DNA from: Candidatus Eiseniibacteriota bacterium
Lineage (GTDB): Bacteria; Eisenbacteria; RBG-16-71-46
Direction of reading: 5' to 3'
Assembly (NCBI GenBank): GCA_963744995.1
Contig: CAVUWA010000004.1
Location: 352,001 to 416,000, forward strand
DNA: 64,000 nucleotides
Below are positions 1 through 10,410 of the stretch, piece after piece (positions within the stretch are counted from its first letter, which is position 1; every line of letters starts with the position of its first letter). Under the pieces are notes generated by a model. That model saw only the letters and a program-made list of their open reading frames with translations. It was not told the origin of the DNA and searched no databases. A program made the translations under genes and the position numbers.

Positions 1-1611
1 GGCATCCGCGCCGAGCAGCGCGGCGCACGCCTCGGCCTCGCGTTCCGAAACGAGCGTCGAGGTCCACGCTTCGGTGAGCCCGCGCGCCTGCATCGCGGCG
101 CGCGCGCGCAGGATCGTGCGCTCCTGCGCCGAGCGCACCGCGTAGGCGCCGCCGGTTTCCAGCGGCACTTCCGGAATGCGGTCGTAGCCCCAACCGCGGG
201 CGACCTCCTCGACCAGATCGTCTTCCTCCGTCACGTCCGGGCGCCAGGACGGCACGCCGACGGTGAGGGGATCGCCGGAGCGGATCTCGAACTCGAACGC
301 GGTGAGCTGCCGCGCACATTCCTCCGCGCCGAGCGGCACGCCGACCAGACGTGCGACGCGGCTGCCGCGCAGCGCGAGCGTGCGGCGCGCGGGAAGTGCG
401 TGGCGCACGTGACGTCCCGGGCCGAGCCGGAGGCCGGGGCACATGGCTGTGAGCAGCTCGATGAACCGCTGCGTGGCGCGTGGCCCGATCTCCGGATCCA
501 CCCCGCGCTCGTAGCGCTTGCTGGCTTCGGTGGCGAGCCCCAGGTGGCGCGCGCCGCGGCGTACGCGGGTGGGCAGGAACCAGGCGCACTCGAGCATCAG
601 CCGCGTCGTGGCGTCGGACACCTCGCTGTCGGCGCCGCCCATCACGCCGGCGACCGCGACGTGGCCCCCGGCATCGTCGATCATCAGCACTTCGGGCGAC
701 AGCTCGCGCTCCCTGCCGTCGAGCGTGGTGAAGCGCTCTCCCGCCCGGGCGCGGCGCACGCGGACCGCCGGGCCACGGAGCCGGTCGAGGTCGAACGCGT
801 GCAGCGGCTGTCCGTACTCGAACAGGACCCAGTTGGTGACGTCCACCACGTTGCTGATCGGCCGCTGGCCGACTGCTTCGAGGCGGCGCCGCATCCATTC
901 GGGCGACGGGCCGATCTTCACGTTCTCGATCACCTGCGCGATGTAGGACGGGCAGCCTTCAGCGTCCTCGAGCACGAGGTCGAAGCCGTCGCCGGCCGTC
1001 CAGCCGGGCTCCAGACGCTTGCGGGCCGCGGCGGTCCAGGTGCCGCCGAACGCGGCCTTCACCTCGCGCGCGATGCCGACGATGCCGAGCGCGTCGGGGC
1101 GATTGAACGGAATCTCGATCTCGAACACGGTGTCGGGCGGCGGCATGAACGCCGCAAGCGGCGCGCCCGGCGCGAGGTCGCTGCGGCCTTCGAAGTACTG
1201 TTCGAGGTCGAGGATTCCGGCGTGGTCGTCGGACAGCTCCAGCTCACGCGCCGAGCACAGCATGCCCTCGCTGGTCTCGCCGCGGATCTTCGACTTGCGG
1301 ATCACCAGCCCGCCGGGAAGCCTCGCCCCCACCGTCGCGAGCGGAACGATCATCCCGGCGTGCACGTTGGGCGCGCCGCAGACCACCGACAGCTCGCCGG
1401 CGCCGCCGTCCACGCGGCACAGCTTCAGGCGGTCCGCGTTCGGGTGCGGGTTCGCCTCGAGCACGCGCGCGACCACGACGCCCGGGAACTCGCCGCCGTG
1501 CGTCTCGATGCCCTCGACGTAGAAGCCGCGGCGCGTCAGCGCGTCGGCTACGGCGCCCTCCGCCGCGTCGAACTCGATCCAATCCTGGAGCCAGGAGAGC
1601 GGGACTTTCAT
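1..1611 (-). CDS. pheT: Phenylalanine--tRNA ligase beta subunit (3' end runs off the window)
   Basis: Manual translation from ATG at 1611: MKVPLSWLQDWIEF...HPNADRLKLCRVD...VVCGAPNV...KIRGETSEGMLCS; follows pheS; not in the ORF track. Confidence 0.97.
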   Translation of the reverse strand, partial: MKVPLSWLQDWIEFDAAEGAVADALTRRGFYVEGIETHGGEFPGVVVARVLEANPHPNADRLKLCRVDGGAGELSVVCGAPNVHAGMIVPLATVGARLPGGLVIRKSKIRGETSEGMLCSARELELSDDHAGILDLEQYFEGRSDLAPGAPLAAFMPPPDTVFEIEIPFNRPDALGIVGIAREVKAAFGGTWTAAARKRLEPGWTAGDGFDLVLEDAEGCPSYIAQVIENVKIGPSPEWMRRRLEAVGQRPISNVVDVTNWVLFEYGQPLHAFDLDRLRGPAVRVRRARAGERFTTLDGRERELSPEVLMIDDAGGHVAVAGVMGGADSEVSDATTRLMLECAWFLPTRVRRGARHLGLATEASKRYERGVDPEIGPRATQRFIELLTAMCPGLRLGPGRHVRHALPARRTLALRGSRVARLVGVPLGAEECARQLTAFEFEIRSGDPLTVGVPSWRPDVTEEDDLVEEVARGWGYDRIPEVPLETGGAYAVRSAQERTILRARAAMQARGLTEAWTSTLVSEREAEACAALLGADA

Positions 1612-1645
1612 CGTGCCTCGGATGCGCGCCCGGGGGCGCCGTGCG

Positions 1646-2797
1646 TCAGAACTGGTTCAGGAATCGCAGGTCGTTTTCCAGGAACAGCCGGATCTCGGGG
1701 ATGCCGTAGCGCAGCATGGCGAGGCGCTCGAGACCGATGCCGAAGGCGAATCCGGTGACCTCTTCAGGGTCGTAGCCCACCGCGCGGAACACGTTCGGAT
1801 GCACCATGCCCGCGCCCAGCACCTCGAGCCAGCCGCTGCCCTTGCAGACGCTGCAGCGCTTCTCGCCCGCGCCGTCCTTCACCGCGCCGCTGCCGCCGCA
1901 GATCACGCAGGACACGTCGAGCTGCGCGCCCGGTTCGACGAACGGGAAGTAGATCGGAATGAAGCGCGTGCGCACGTCGGCGCCGTAGATCGCGCGGGCG
2001 AAGGTGGCGAGCGTGCTCTTCAGGTCCGCCATGCTCACGTCGCGGTCCACGTACAGGCCGTCGATCTGGTGGAACTGATCCATGTGGCTCGCATCGATCT
2101 GTTCGGCGCGGAACACGCGGCCGGGGAACACCAGCCGGAGCGGCGGCTTCCGCTCCTCCATCGCCCGCACCCAGCCCGGCGAGGTGTGGGTGCGCAGGAC
2201 CACGCCCGGCGACACGAAGTACGTGTCGTGCGCGTCGCGCGCCGGGTGGTCGTCGGCGAAATTGAGCTTGCCGAAGTTGTAGGATTCGAGCTCGACCTCG
2301 GGGCTCGTGTACACCGAGTAGCCGAGCCCGTGGAACACGTCGAGCAGCTCGTCCCGGATCTGCGCCAGCACGTGCGGGCGCCCGACCCACGGCCTGCGGC
2401 CGGGGACGGTGACGTCGCTGCGTGCGGCGAAGCGCGCCTCGGCCTGCGTTTCGAGCACGCTACGCCGCGCCTGCTCGAGCTCGGCCAGATGGCGCTTGAG
2501 CAGGTTGAGCGCGCGGCCCCGGCGTTTGCGTGCCGCCGGGTCGAGGTCGCGCAGACCGGCCAGCGCGAGGGTCACCACGCCGCGCTCACGGCCGAGCAGC
2601 GCGGTGTGGACCTCGCGCAGCGTCTGCGGGTCGGGGGCGCCGGCCAGCGCGGCGGCGGCACGCGCGTAGAAATCGCCGAGCCCGGAGTCGAGCGCGGCGA
2701 GTTCCTTCTGCCGGTCGTGCTGTCCGGCGACGAGGTCTTCCGCGTCGCCCTGCGCCCAACCCGGATCGATGGCCTGCTGGAACGTGACGGTCGTCAC
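1646..2797 (-). CDS. pheS: Phenylalanine--tRNA ligase alpha subunit
   Basis: [53 protein letters not shown]; probable GTG start overlapping the rplT stop (GTGA). Confidence 0.97.
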   Translation of the reverse strand: MTTVTFQQAIDPGWAQGDAEDLVAGQHDRQKELAALDSGLGDFYARAAAALAGAPDPQTLREVHTALLGRERGVVTLALAGLRDLDPAARKRRGRALNLLKRHLAELEQARRSVLETQAEARFAARSDVTVPGRRPWVGRPHVLAQIRDELLDVFHGLGYSVYTSPEVELESYNFGKLNFADDHPARDAHDTYFVSPGVVLRTHTSPGWVRAMEERKPPLRLVFPGRVFRAEQIDASHMDQFHQIDGLYVDRDVSMADLKSTLATFARAIYGADVRTRFIPIYFPFVEPGAQLDVSCVICGGSGAVKDGAGEKRCSVCKGSGWLEVLGAGMVHPNVFRAVGYDPEEVTGFAFGIGLERLAMLRYGIPEIRLFLENDLRFLNQF

Positions 2798-3147
2798 GCC
2801 GCCGCCGACTTCGCCACCTCCGCGATCTTCGCGAACGCGGCTTCGTCGCGCACGGCGAGGTCGGCCAGCAGCTTGCGATTGACCTCGACGTTCGCCTTCT
2901 TGAGGCCTGCGATCAGGGCGTTGTAGCTCAGGCCGTTGATGCGCGCGGCCGCGTTGATGCGCACGATCCACAGGCGGCGAAAGTCGCGCTTGCGGGTGCG
3001 GCGGTGCTCGTAGGCGAACTGGCCGGCGCGCTGCGCGGTCTGCAGCGCCGACTTGTAGATCTTGCGCCGTCCATAGGCGCCCTTGACCGAGTTGAGGACC
3101 TTGCGGCGCCGGGCGCGGCCGGGGACGACGGTTTTGCTGCGGGGCAT
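2794..3147 (-). CDS. rplT: 50S ribosomal protein L20
   Basis: MPRSKT...[18 protein letters not shown]...[10 protein letters not shown]. Confidence 0.98.
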   Translation of the reverse strand: MPRSKTVVPGRARRRKVLNSVKGAYGRRKIYKSALQTAQRAGQFAYEHRRTRKRDFRRLWIVRINAAARINGLSYNALIAGLKKANVEVNRKLLADLAVRDEAAFAKIAEVAKSAAA

Positions 3148-3210
3148 CGGATATTCCTCCATCACCGCGGCGACACGGGCCGCCCGCGGGAACCATGACG
3201 ATCGGCTGGG

Positions 3211-3408
3211 CTATCGCTTTCCGAGCAGACGAAGGACGCGCGGCTGATCGACTTCGGCGACCAGCGACATGCCGACCAGGCGGCGCTTGCGGTCGCGGGG
3301 CTTGTTGATCATCCCGTGACGGAGACCGGAGTGACCGCGCATCGCTTTGCCCTTGGCGTTCGTCTTGAAGCGCTTCGCGGCGGCGCGGTTGGATTTCATT
3401 TTCGGCAT
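3211..3408 (-). CDS. rpmI: 50S ribosomal protein L35
   Basis: MPKMKSNRAAAKRFK; lies between infC and rplT. Confidence 0.97.
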   Translation of the reverse strand: MPKMKSNRAAAKRFKTNAKGKAMRGHSGLRHGMINKPRDRKRRLVGMSLVAEVDQPRVLRLLGKR

Positions 3409-3421
3409 CTGTTCGCTCCTG

Positions 3422-4099
3422 TCAGGCGCGTTTCGCGCCCGTCTCCGGGGCCCTGGCGGCACCGGCGGATGGCTTCTTCACCGGCGCCTTCGCGGCGCCG
3501 GTCGACGGCTTCTTCGCGGCGGGTTTCGGCTTCGCATCGCCTTCGGCGGATGCCGGCTTCGCCCCACCTCCCGTTTTCAGCGGCCGCGGCGAGAGCACCG
3601 CCGTCAGCGTTCTGCCTTCCGAGCGGGGCGACGACTCCACGAGGGCGATGTCGTCCAGCGCGGCGATGACCTTCTGGATCAACCGATGTCCGAGTTCCGG
3701 ATGCGCCATCTCGCGGCCGCGGAACATCACGGTCAGCTTCACCTTGTCGCGATCCTCGAGGAACTCCCGGGCGTGCTGCACCTTGAAACCGTAGTCGTGG
3801 CCCTCGATCTTGGGCCGCATCTTCACTTCCTTGAGCTGCATCTGGTGCTGCTTCTTCTTCGCCTTACGGGCCCGGCGGTTCTGCTCGTACTTGTACTTTC
3901 CGTAATCGAGGATGCGGCAGACGGGCGGCCGGACGTTCGGCGCCACCTCGACGAGATCGAGGCCTCTGGTCCTGGCCATCTCGAGCGCTTCACGGGTGGC
4001 GAGCACTCCGATCTGTTCGCCGTCCTCCCCGATCACTCGGACCTGGGGGACGCGAATACGCTCGTTCACGCGGTTCTCGGGAGTACGGGTCTGCGAAAT
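3422..4099 (-). CDS. infC: Translation initiation factor IF-3, probable ATT start
   Basis: RVNERIRVPQVRVI, DLVEVAP, PPVCRILDYGKYKYE, KVKLTVMFRGRE; AGGAGG 8 nt upstream of in-frame ATT at 4099, with no nearby ATG. Confidence 0.96.
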   Translation of the reverse strand: MSQTRTPENRVNERIRVPQVRVIGEDGEQIGVLATREALEMARTRGLDLVEVAPNVRPPVCRILDYGKYKYEQNRRARKAKKKQHQMQLKEVKMRPKIEGHDYGFKVQHAREFLEDRDKVKLTVMFRGREMAHPELGHRLIQKVIAALDDIALVESSPRSEGRTLTAVLSPRPLKTGGGAKPASAEGDAKPKPAAKKPSTGAAKAPVKKPSAGAARAPETGAKRA

Positions 4100-4182
4100 G
4101 GCAATTCCCTCCTGGCGTGGACCGTGTCCTGCCCCGGCGCCTGGTCCACGCAATGGAAAAGCGCCGGGCGGAATCCCGTCGA

Positions 4183-4307
4183 AAGCAGAAGTCCGCCCGG
4201 CGCGATGGCCGGTCTCACGATGGTCCGCAACCTTCTGCAGACCGTGATACGGAACCCTTGAGCACGAACGACGTTCGGCGGGGGTGAGAAGCGCGAGGCT
4301 TCTGCTT
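4183..4307 (-). ncRNA. Putative L20-leader-like cis-regulatory RNA upstream of infC-rpmI-rplT
   Basis: 5' AAGCAGAAGCCTCGCGCTTCTCACC resembles the L20 leader 5' motif; AAGCAGAAG (4307-4299) is perfectly complementary to CTTCTGCTT (4191-4183). Confidence 0.7.
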
Positions 4308-4322
4308 GATCGATGCCGGAGC

Positions 4323-4351
4323 AGGATAGCCGGTGCCTGTCTGGCGCGCAA
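4323..4351 (-). promoter_or_regulatory. Sigma70-type promoter of the infC operon
   Basis: TTGCGC-17 nt-TATCCT just upstream of the leader RNA. Confidence 0.65.
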
Positions 4352-4501
4352 GGCGAGTGACCCCGGACTGCCACCATTGAACCTGAATCCCGGGGCGGCG
4401 GGCCTCATCCATTGGAGGCGCTGCCGGGCCCTCGGGCCCGGCCGAAGCACCCCGGCCGGGGCCGGGCGGAACGGGACATTCCATCTTCACTGGAGGTTTT
4501 C

Positions 4502-5143
4502 ATGCGTAAGGTGTTGACACTCGTGGTGCTCGCCCTCGCGATCAGTGCCTCCTCGGCGTTCGCCGCCGGGGGCTCGATTTTGAGCCTCGGCGTGTTCCAG
4601 GGCACGGCGGATCTCGTGGGCCCCGAAGCCGGCGGCGGCTACGTCACGGCGTTCGACCACTCGGAGCTCGGCGCAGGGGCCGAGTACTGGTACCTGTTCT
4701 CCGACGACTACGCGCTGGCGGTGCAGGGCTCGTTCGGCTTCTTCACCGAGACCGACAAGCCGGGCGACAACGCCACCGCCGGATCGCCGGAGAAGAAGTT
4801 CTCGATCACGTCCTTCAAGGTTCGCGTCGGCGGCGACCGGGTCGGCCAGATCGGCGACCGCTTCACGTGGTTCATGGGTCCCGGTATCGAGTTCTGGAAC
4901 GGCAAGGCCAAGTTCGAGGGGTTCTTCCCGTCGGGCACCGTGGAAACCGAGAGCACCACGCGGATCGGCGTCAACGGCCGCTTCGGCGGCATCATGAAGC
5001 TGAACGACTCGGTCGGTATCCAGGGCCAGATCGGCCACACGCTGGGCTACGCGACCGCGGAAGAGGCCGGCGCCAAGACCACCTGGTTCCCGAGCGGCTT
5101 CAATGCCTCGTGGGGCCTTGCCTTCAACTTCGGCGCCAACTAG
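4502..5143 (+). CDS. Outer-membrane beta-barrel protein (small OmpA/OmpW-like)
   Basis: GGAGG RBS, signal peptide ending AFA, alternating amphipathic strands, C-terminal WGLAFNF. Confidence 0.8.
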   Translation: MRKVLTLVVLALAISASSAFAAGGSILSLGVFQGTADLVGPEAGGGYVTAFDHSELGAGAEYWYLFSDDYALAVQGSFGFFTETDKPGDNATAGSPEKKFSITSFKVRVGGDRVGQIGDRFTWFMGPGIEFWNGKAKFEGFFPSGTVETESTTRIGVNGRFGGIMKLNDSVGIQGQIGHTLGYATAEEAGAKTTWFPSGFNASWGLAFNFGAN

Positions 5144-5162
5144 GCCGACAGAGGAACATCCG

Positions 5163-5195
5163 GGCGGGCTGCCCCCCCCCGAAGGGCAGCCCGCC
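5163..5195 (+). terminator. Hairpin terminator
   Basis: GGCGGGCTGCCC / GGGCAGCCCGCC 12-bp stem followed by TCATTT. Confidence 0.7.
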
Positions 5196-5799
5196 TCATT
5201 TCATGACGGCCGCGGCGAGCGTCCTGGGTTCACCTGCCTCCCGCCCCCCTCATCTCGATCGCCACGCGCAGCGCCAGACCGCTGCAGTCGATCGAATACC
5301 TGGGCCCGTCCGCTTTGCAGACCGTCTGCCCCTGCGTCTGATCTCGCCGATCCGTCCCGGTGCCCGGCATCGGCGATGAGCACGAACTCGGGCGCGGCCC
5401 AGACGTCCACCCCGGCGTGGACCTCGGCCATCCGGCTCTGCGTGGATCGCCTGAGGAAGAAGCGGCCGCACCGGCCAGCGGGACATGGTCGCTCGGATGG
5501 CGCCGCCGCCGGCTCCATCTCGCGCGACCCTGCGACGCGGGCGGCGTCCGCCCTGCGGAGCGCTCGGTCGCCCGGGCGCGCCCGAGCGGGGTGTGGCGGG
5601 GCCCACCGGGACCCTTTCTTCCGTTTCGCCCCACTTCGTCATTCGACAAGAGGATATGCGGATAGAACCGCGCACCTCACGTAAAGCGCGAAGTCCGCGC
5701 CACGCGCGCCGTTTCGGAGACGTTGACCCGCGCTTCGGACCGCCACTAGCCTCCCGCGAGCGGGCGGCCATGGTGGCCGGACGCAAGGAGGGTGGTCGC

Positions 5800-6400
5800 A
5801 TGAAGAAGGTCATCCAGGGATCGCTGGTCGCGGCGCTGGCGCTGTGCGTGTCTGCGGGTCTCGCTTTCGCGGGCAGCCCGAGCGTGTCGGTGGGATTCAG
5901 CAACTTCACGGTGATCGGCTATCACAGCATGGGCGTGGGGGCAGCGGTCAACGTTCCGTTCGGCTCCGACGGCTGGTCGGCCAACGTCGACGGCCGGTTC
6001 GAATTCGGCAATTACAAGGAAGAGGACAGCTCGGTTCCGATGACGACCGAGGACAAGGTCAGCGGTTTCCGCGTTCGCGGTGGAATCGATCACGCGGTGA
6101 TGGTGGGCGGGATGCGGATCTACGGCGGCACCGGCATCTCGTACGCGAGCCACAAGATCAAGACCGAGCAGACCAACTCACCCGACTTCGAGTCCGAGCC
6201 GTACAAGGTGTTCGGCATCAGCAGCCGCATCGGCGGCAGCGTGCCGCTCGGAGCGGACAACCCCATCGCCATGTTCGTCCAGGCCGAGAACACGGTCGGC
6301 TGGGGGTCGTTCGAGGACGGCAGACTTCAAGGTCACGCAGACCGACGTCGAGAACGGCTTCCAGATCGGATTCCGCTACGACGTTCCCGGGCAGAACTGA
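5800..6400 (+). CDS. Outer-membrane beta-barrel protein with an apparent +1 frameshift near 6320; paralog of 4502-5143
   Basis: Signal peptide MKKVIQ...AFA; shifted frame reads ADFKVTQTDVENGFQIGFRYDVPGQN* (beta-signal-like) to TGA at 6398-6400. Confidence 0.75.
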
Positions 6401-6420
6401 CACTGGCGCGAGAACGACAC

Positions 6421-6450
6421 GGGCCCCGCGACCTTCGGGTCACGGGGCCC
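6421..6450. terminator. Hairpin between convergent genes
   Basis: GGGCCCCGCGACC-TTCG-GGTCACGGGGCCC with a cUUCGg loop. Confidence 0.75.
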
Positions 6451-6479
6451 TGTTCATGCTCTGCTGAGCCGCCTGCGGC

Positions 6480-8256
6480 TCAGCTGCGCTCGCGCACTTC
6501 CTTCTGGACCCGCTCGATGAAGGCCTCGCGGCTCATCGCCGCGCAGCTGCCCCTCGCCCTTCCGGCGCGGGGCCACCGTGCCGGCCTCGGCCTCGCGCGG
6601 GCCGACCACGATCATGTACGGCACCTTCTGCAGCTCGGCGTCGCGGATCTTCGCCCCCATCTTCTCCTCGCGCAGATCCACCTCCACGCGCATGCCGGCC
6701 GCCTCGAACATGCGCGCCGTGTCGGCCGCGTAGTCGAAGGCCTTCGGGTTCGCGGGAATGATCACCGCCTGCAGCGGCGCGACCCACACCGGGAACTCGC
6801 CGCCGGTGTGCTCGATGTAGATGCCGACGAAGCGCTCGAGCGAGCCGTAGAGCGCGCGGTGCAGCATGATGACCTCGTGGTCCCTGCCGTCGGGCGCGGT
6901 GTAGTACACGCCGAAGCGCTTCGGCAGGTTCAGGTCCACCTGGATCGTCGGGCACTGCCACTCCCGGCCCAGCGCGTCGCGCAGTTTGACGTCGATCTTC
7001 GGCGCGTAGAACGCGCCGCCGCCCTCGTCCACTTCGTACGGAATGCCGCGGTGTTCGAGCGCCTGGCGCAGCGCGTTCGTCGCGAACTCCCACTCGGCTT
7101 CGCTGCCCAGGTATTTCTCGGCCGGACGCGTCGCCAGATAGCAGGAGTACTCGTACTTGAACGCCTTCAGCAGGAAGTCCATCAGGTCGAGAATGCCCTC
7201 GACCTCTCCCGCCAGCTGGTCGGGCGTGCAGAAGATGTGCGAGTCGTCCTGGGTGAAACCGCGCACGCGCTCCATGCCGTGCAGCACGCCGGACCGCTCG
7301 TAGCGGTACACGGTGCCCAGCTCGGCGTAGCGCAGCGGCAGGTCGCGGTACGAATGCTTGCGCGAGTTGTAGATCATGATGTGGCCGGGACAGTTCATCG
7401 GCTTCACCCGGTAGGGCTGGCCGTCGATGTCCATCGGCGAGTACATCATCTCGGCGTAGTTCTGCAGGTGCCCCGAGATCTCGAACAGCTTCTCGCTGGC
7501 GATGTGCGGCGTGTAGACGAACTGGTAGCCGCGCCGCTGATGCTCGTCCTTCCAGAACGCCTCGATCAGGTGGCGCAGCATGCCGCCCTTCGGATGCCAG
7601 TGGATCAGCCCGGCGCCCACTTCCTCGTGTACCGAATAGAGCTCGAGTTCCTTCCCGAGCCTGCGGTGGTCGCGCTTGAGCGATTCCTCGATCCGTGCCA
7701 GATGCGCTTCGAGATCCTTTGCGCTCGCGAACGCGGTGCCGTAGATGCGCTGCAGCATCTCGTTGCGCTCGCTGCCGAGCCAGTAGGCGCCGGCGACGTG
7801 CGTCAGCTTGAAGGCGCCGATCTTCCCGGTGCTCTCGACGTGCGGACCGCGGCACAGGTCGAGGAAGCCACCGTTGCGGTAGAAGGTGACTTTCGCGTCC
7901 TCGGGGATCTGCGACAGGAAGTGCAGCTTGTAGGTCTCCCCCGCCTTCTCGAACAGCGCGCGCGCTTCGGCGCGCGAGGACTCGGAATACTCGAACTTCT
8001 GATCCTCGGCGACGATCTCGCGCATGCGCGCCTCGATCTTCTCGAGATCCTCCGGCGTGAACGGCTCGGCGCGGGCGAAGTCGTAGTAGAAGCCGCCGTC
8101 GATGGGCGGTCCGCCGGCGACCTTGACGTCCGGGAACAGCTGGGTAACCGCGGTGGCGAGCACGTGCGCCGCCGAGTGGCGCAGGCGGTAGAGCGCCTCG
8201 CCGCCAGGGTACTTCGAGAGGTCGGGGCCTGCGGCGTCGGCGGAAGCTCTGGACAT
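6480..8256 (-). CDS. thrS: Threonine--tRNA ligase (short form lacking the TGS domain; apparent 1-nt frameshift near 6543)
   Basis: RHSAAH, DLCRGPH, RDHRRLG, KPMNCPGH, YRYERSG, GAFYAPKID, HRALYGSLERF; alternate frame gives AMSREAFIERVQKEVRERS* ending at 6480. Confidence 0.96.
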
Positions 8257-8380
8257 GTCGGCGAATCCCTGCGGCCGGAGAAGGCGCGCGTCACATTGCA
8301 AACGGCCATCCGACGCGGCCTCGGCCGCCGGGCCGTCGGGACACCGTGCCGGGCGTGTCGCTCCGGCCGAAGCCCCAAAA

Positions 8381-8456
8381 TGGTGGGCGCTACTGGACTT
8401 GAACCAGTGACCCCTTGCTTGTCGAGCAAGTGCTCTACCAGCTGAGCTAAGCGCCC
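8381..8456 (-). tRNA. tRNA-Val(GAC)
   Basis: GGGCGCTTAGCTCAGCTGGTAGAGCA-CTTGC-TCGACAA-GCAAG-GGGTC-ACTGGTTCAAGTCCAGT-AGCGCCCACCA; 76 nt, CCA encoded. Confidence 0.98.
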
Positions 8457-8469
8457 TTCAGGACGGGGG

Positions 8470-8499
8470 ATCAAAGCGGAGCGATGCCGCTGTTGTCAA
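8470..8499 (-). promoter_or_regulatory. Putative promoter of tRNA-Val/thrS
   Basis: TTGACA-18 nt-TTTGAT upstream of the tRNA. Confidence 0.5.
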
Positions 8500-8615
8500 G
8501 CGTGCGGCCTCTGGTCCGACCCTTGCACAAGGGCATTTCGCCCGCCCTTCTCATCGTCCGTCCGGGTCCCAATCCACGCGCGGTGGAACCGCGCATCACG
8601 GCCAGGGAGTGAAGC

Positions 8616-9191
8616 ATGAAGAAGTGCATGGTCACCATCGTTCTGGCGTGTTTTTGCACGCTCGTGTCGCAGAATGCAATGGCAGACGCCGATCTCGGGC
8701 TCAAGAGCGTCGGCGTCAACGTGGGGATGGTGAGCCCCGAGCACGTCGATGCCACGTTCGGGCTCGGCGTCTTCGCGAACAACGGCTACATCACCCCCGA
8801 GATCCAGCTCGAATCGCGCATCGACTACTGGGGCAAGTCCGACAGCTCCCCGTACGGCGACCTGAAGTTCAGCGACGTCGCCGTCGGCGCGCGCGGCAAG
8901 TACATGTTCCCGACCTCTTCGCCGACCGTGCATCCGTTCGCGGGACTGGGGCTCGGCATGCACTTCCTGCACTCGAGCGTCGAAGTGCCGCCGATGGACT
9001 TCGGCGGCGGGACGATCCCGGGCTATACGGTGTCCGACTCCGAGACGCGGCTCGGCCTCGATCTCGGCGGCGGCTTCGAGATGCCGGTGAACCCGTCGTC
9101 GGACTTCGTCGCGGAAGCCTGGTACGGCATCGTCAGCGACGTGAATCAGTTCGCCGTCAAGATCGGCATGGCCTGGCACATGCACCCCTGA
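8616..9191 (+). CDS. Outer-membrane beta-barrel protein
   Basis: Signal peptide (AMA), PFAGLGLG, GLDLGGG, terminal VKIGMAW. Confidence 0.85.
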   Translation: MKKCMVTIVLACFCTLVSQNAMADADLGLKSVGVNVGMVSPEHVDATFGLGVFANNGYITPEIQLESRIDYWGKSDSSPYGDLKFSDVAVGARGKYMFPTSSPTVHPFAGLGLGMHFLHSSVEVPPMDFGGGTIPGYTVSDSETRLGLDLGGGFEMPVNPSSDFVAEAWYGIVSDVNQFAVKIGMAWHMHP

Positions 9192-9214
9192 CGCGTTCCC
9201 GAAGAACGCGAACG

Positions 9215-9244
9215 AGGGGCGGCCGGATTCCTCCGGCCGCCCCT
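9215..9244. terminator. Hairpin terminator between convergent genes
   Basis: AGGGGCGGCCGGA / TCCGGCCGCCCCT 13-bp stem. Confidence 0.75.
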
Positions 9245-9268
9245 TCGTGCGTGCGGCGCGCCCCGCCC

Positions 9269-10282
9269 CTACACGTGCCGGCCGATCGCTTCGGCGATGG
9301 TGCGGATCTGCCCGACCAGTTCCGCATACTGCGCCGGGTACAGCGACTGCGCGCCGTCCGACATCGCGTGGTCGGGATCGTGGTGCACCTCGATGATCAG
9401 CCCGTCCGCGCCCGCGGCGATGCCGGCGCGCGCCATCGGCGCCACTTTGTTGCGGATGCCGGTGCCGTGCGAAGGGTCCACGATGACCGGCAGGTGCGAA
9501 AGCTCCTTCACCACCGGAATGGCGTTCAGATCGAGCGTGTTGCGGGTGTAGGTCTCGAACGTGCGAATGCCGCGCTCGCACAGGATCACCTGGGCGTTGC
9601 CCTGCGACACCACGTGCTCCGCGCTCATCAGCCACTCTTCGATCGTGGCCGCGAGACCGCGCTTGAGGAGCACCGGCTTCTCGGCGTGGCCGACGGCGCG
9701 CAGCAGCGCGAAGTTCTGCATGTTGCGCGCGCCGATCTGCAGCACGTCGGCGTAGCGGGCGACCAGCGGCACCAGCTCGGTGTCGAGCACTTCGCTCACC
9801 ACCGCGAGGCCGTGGGCGTCCGCGGCGCGGCGCAGGATCTTCAGGCCCTCTTCGCCCAGGCCGCGGAACGAGTACGGCGAGGTGCGCGGCTTGTAGGCGC
9901 CGCCGCGCAGCGCGGTCGCGCCGGCGGCGGCCACCGCTGCCGCGATCGTGAACGCCTGCTCCTCGCCCTCGACCGAGCACGGCCCCGCGATCAGCGACAG
10001 CCGCGCTCCGCCCACCGCGCAGCGGCCCACCGTGATCTGGGTGTCCTGCGGGTGGAACACGCGGCTCACCAGTTTGAAGGGGACCGGGATCTCCTGCAAC
10101 GACTCGACGCCGGTCCAGGTCCCGACGTCCTTCCAGTCGACCGGCGCGCCGTCGCCCATCGCGGCGATCCGGACGCGGCCCTCGTGCGCGGTGCGGTGGA
10201 CGGCGAGGCCGAACATCCTGAGCCGTGCGGTGATGTCGTTGGCCGTGCGCTCGGCGACCCCCTTCTCGAGCAGGATCAGCAC
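9269..10282 (-). CDS. aroF: 3-deoxy-7-phosphoheptulonate (DAHP) synthase, type I-beta with N-terminal regulatory domain
   Basis: [54 protein letters not shown] start assumed. Confidence 0.95.
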   Translation of the reverse strand: MLILLEKGVAERTANDITARLRMFGLAVHRTAHEGRVRIAAMGDGAPVDWKDVGTWTGVESLQEIPVPFKLVSRVFHPQDTQITVGRCAVGGARLSLIAGPCSVEGEEQAFTIAAAVAAAGATALRGGAYKPRTSPYSFRGLGEEGLKILRRAADAHGLAVVSEVLDTELVPLVARYADVLQIGARNMQNFALLRAVGHAEKPVLLKRGLAATIEEWLMSAEHVVSQGNAQVILCERGIRTFETYTRNTLDLNAIPVVKELSHLPVIVDPSHGTGIRNKVAPMARAGIAAGADGLIIEVHHDPDHAMSDGAQSLYPAQYAELVGQIRTIAEAIGRHV

Positions 10283-10353
10283 GGGCGGCCGGCGCCCCAC
10301 CGCGAAGCGTCCCGAATCATCATGGCGTCCTTCGGCCGGGCCGCGCCCGGGTC

Positions 10354-10385
10354 AACAAAGAAGCCCACGCCGATCTGGCGTGGGC
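10354..10385 (-). terminator. Attenuator terminator upstream of aroF
   Basis: GCCCACGCC-AGATC-GGCGTGGGC followed by TTCTTTGTT. Confidence 0.85.
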
Positions 10386-10410
10386 CGGGAGTGTGTCTCG
10401 ATTCGAAGGC

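Noticed and set aside
1830..1915. CxxC...CxxC insert in PheS
   Set aside because: Common zinc-finger-like insertion in many bacterial PheS proteins
4355..4450. TTGAACC-containing GC-rich stretch reminiscent of 6S RNA
   Set aside because: No long closing helix or central bubble; better explained as the divergent promoter region
5200..5520. Protein-like fragments on the minus strand between the two barrel genes
   Set aside because: No RBS or start and no recognisable family; could be a remnant but is unsupported
8381..8456. tRNA as an integration site for a genomic island
   Set aside because: No repeat of the tRNA 3' end and no integrase or mobility genes in the window
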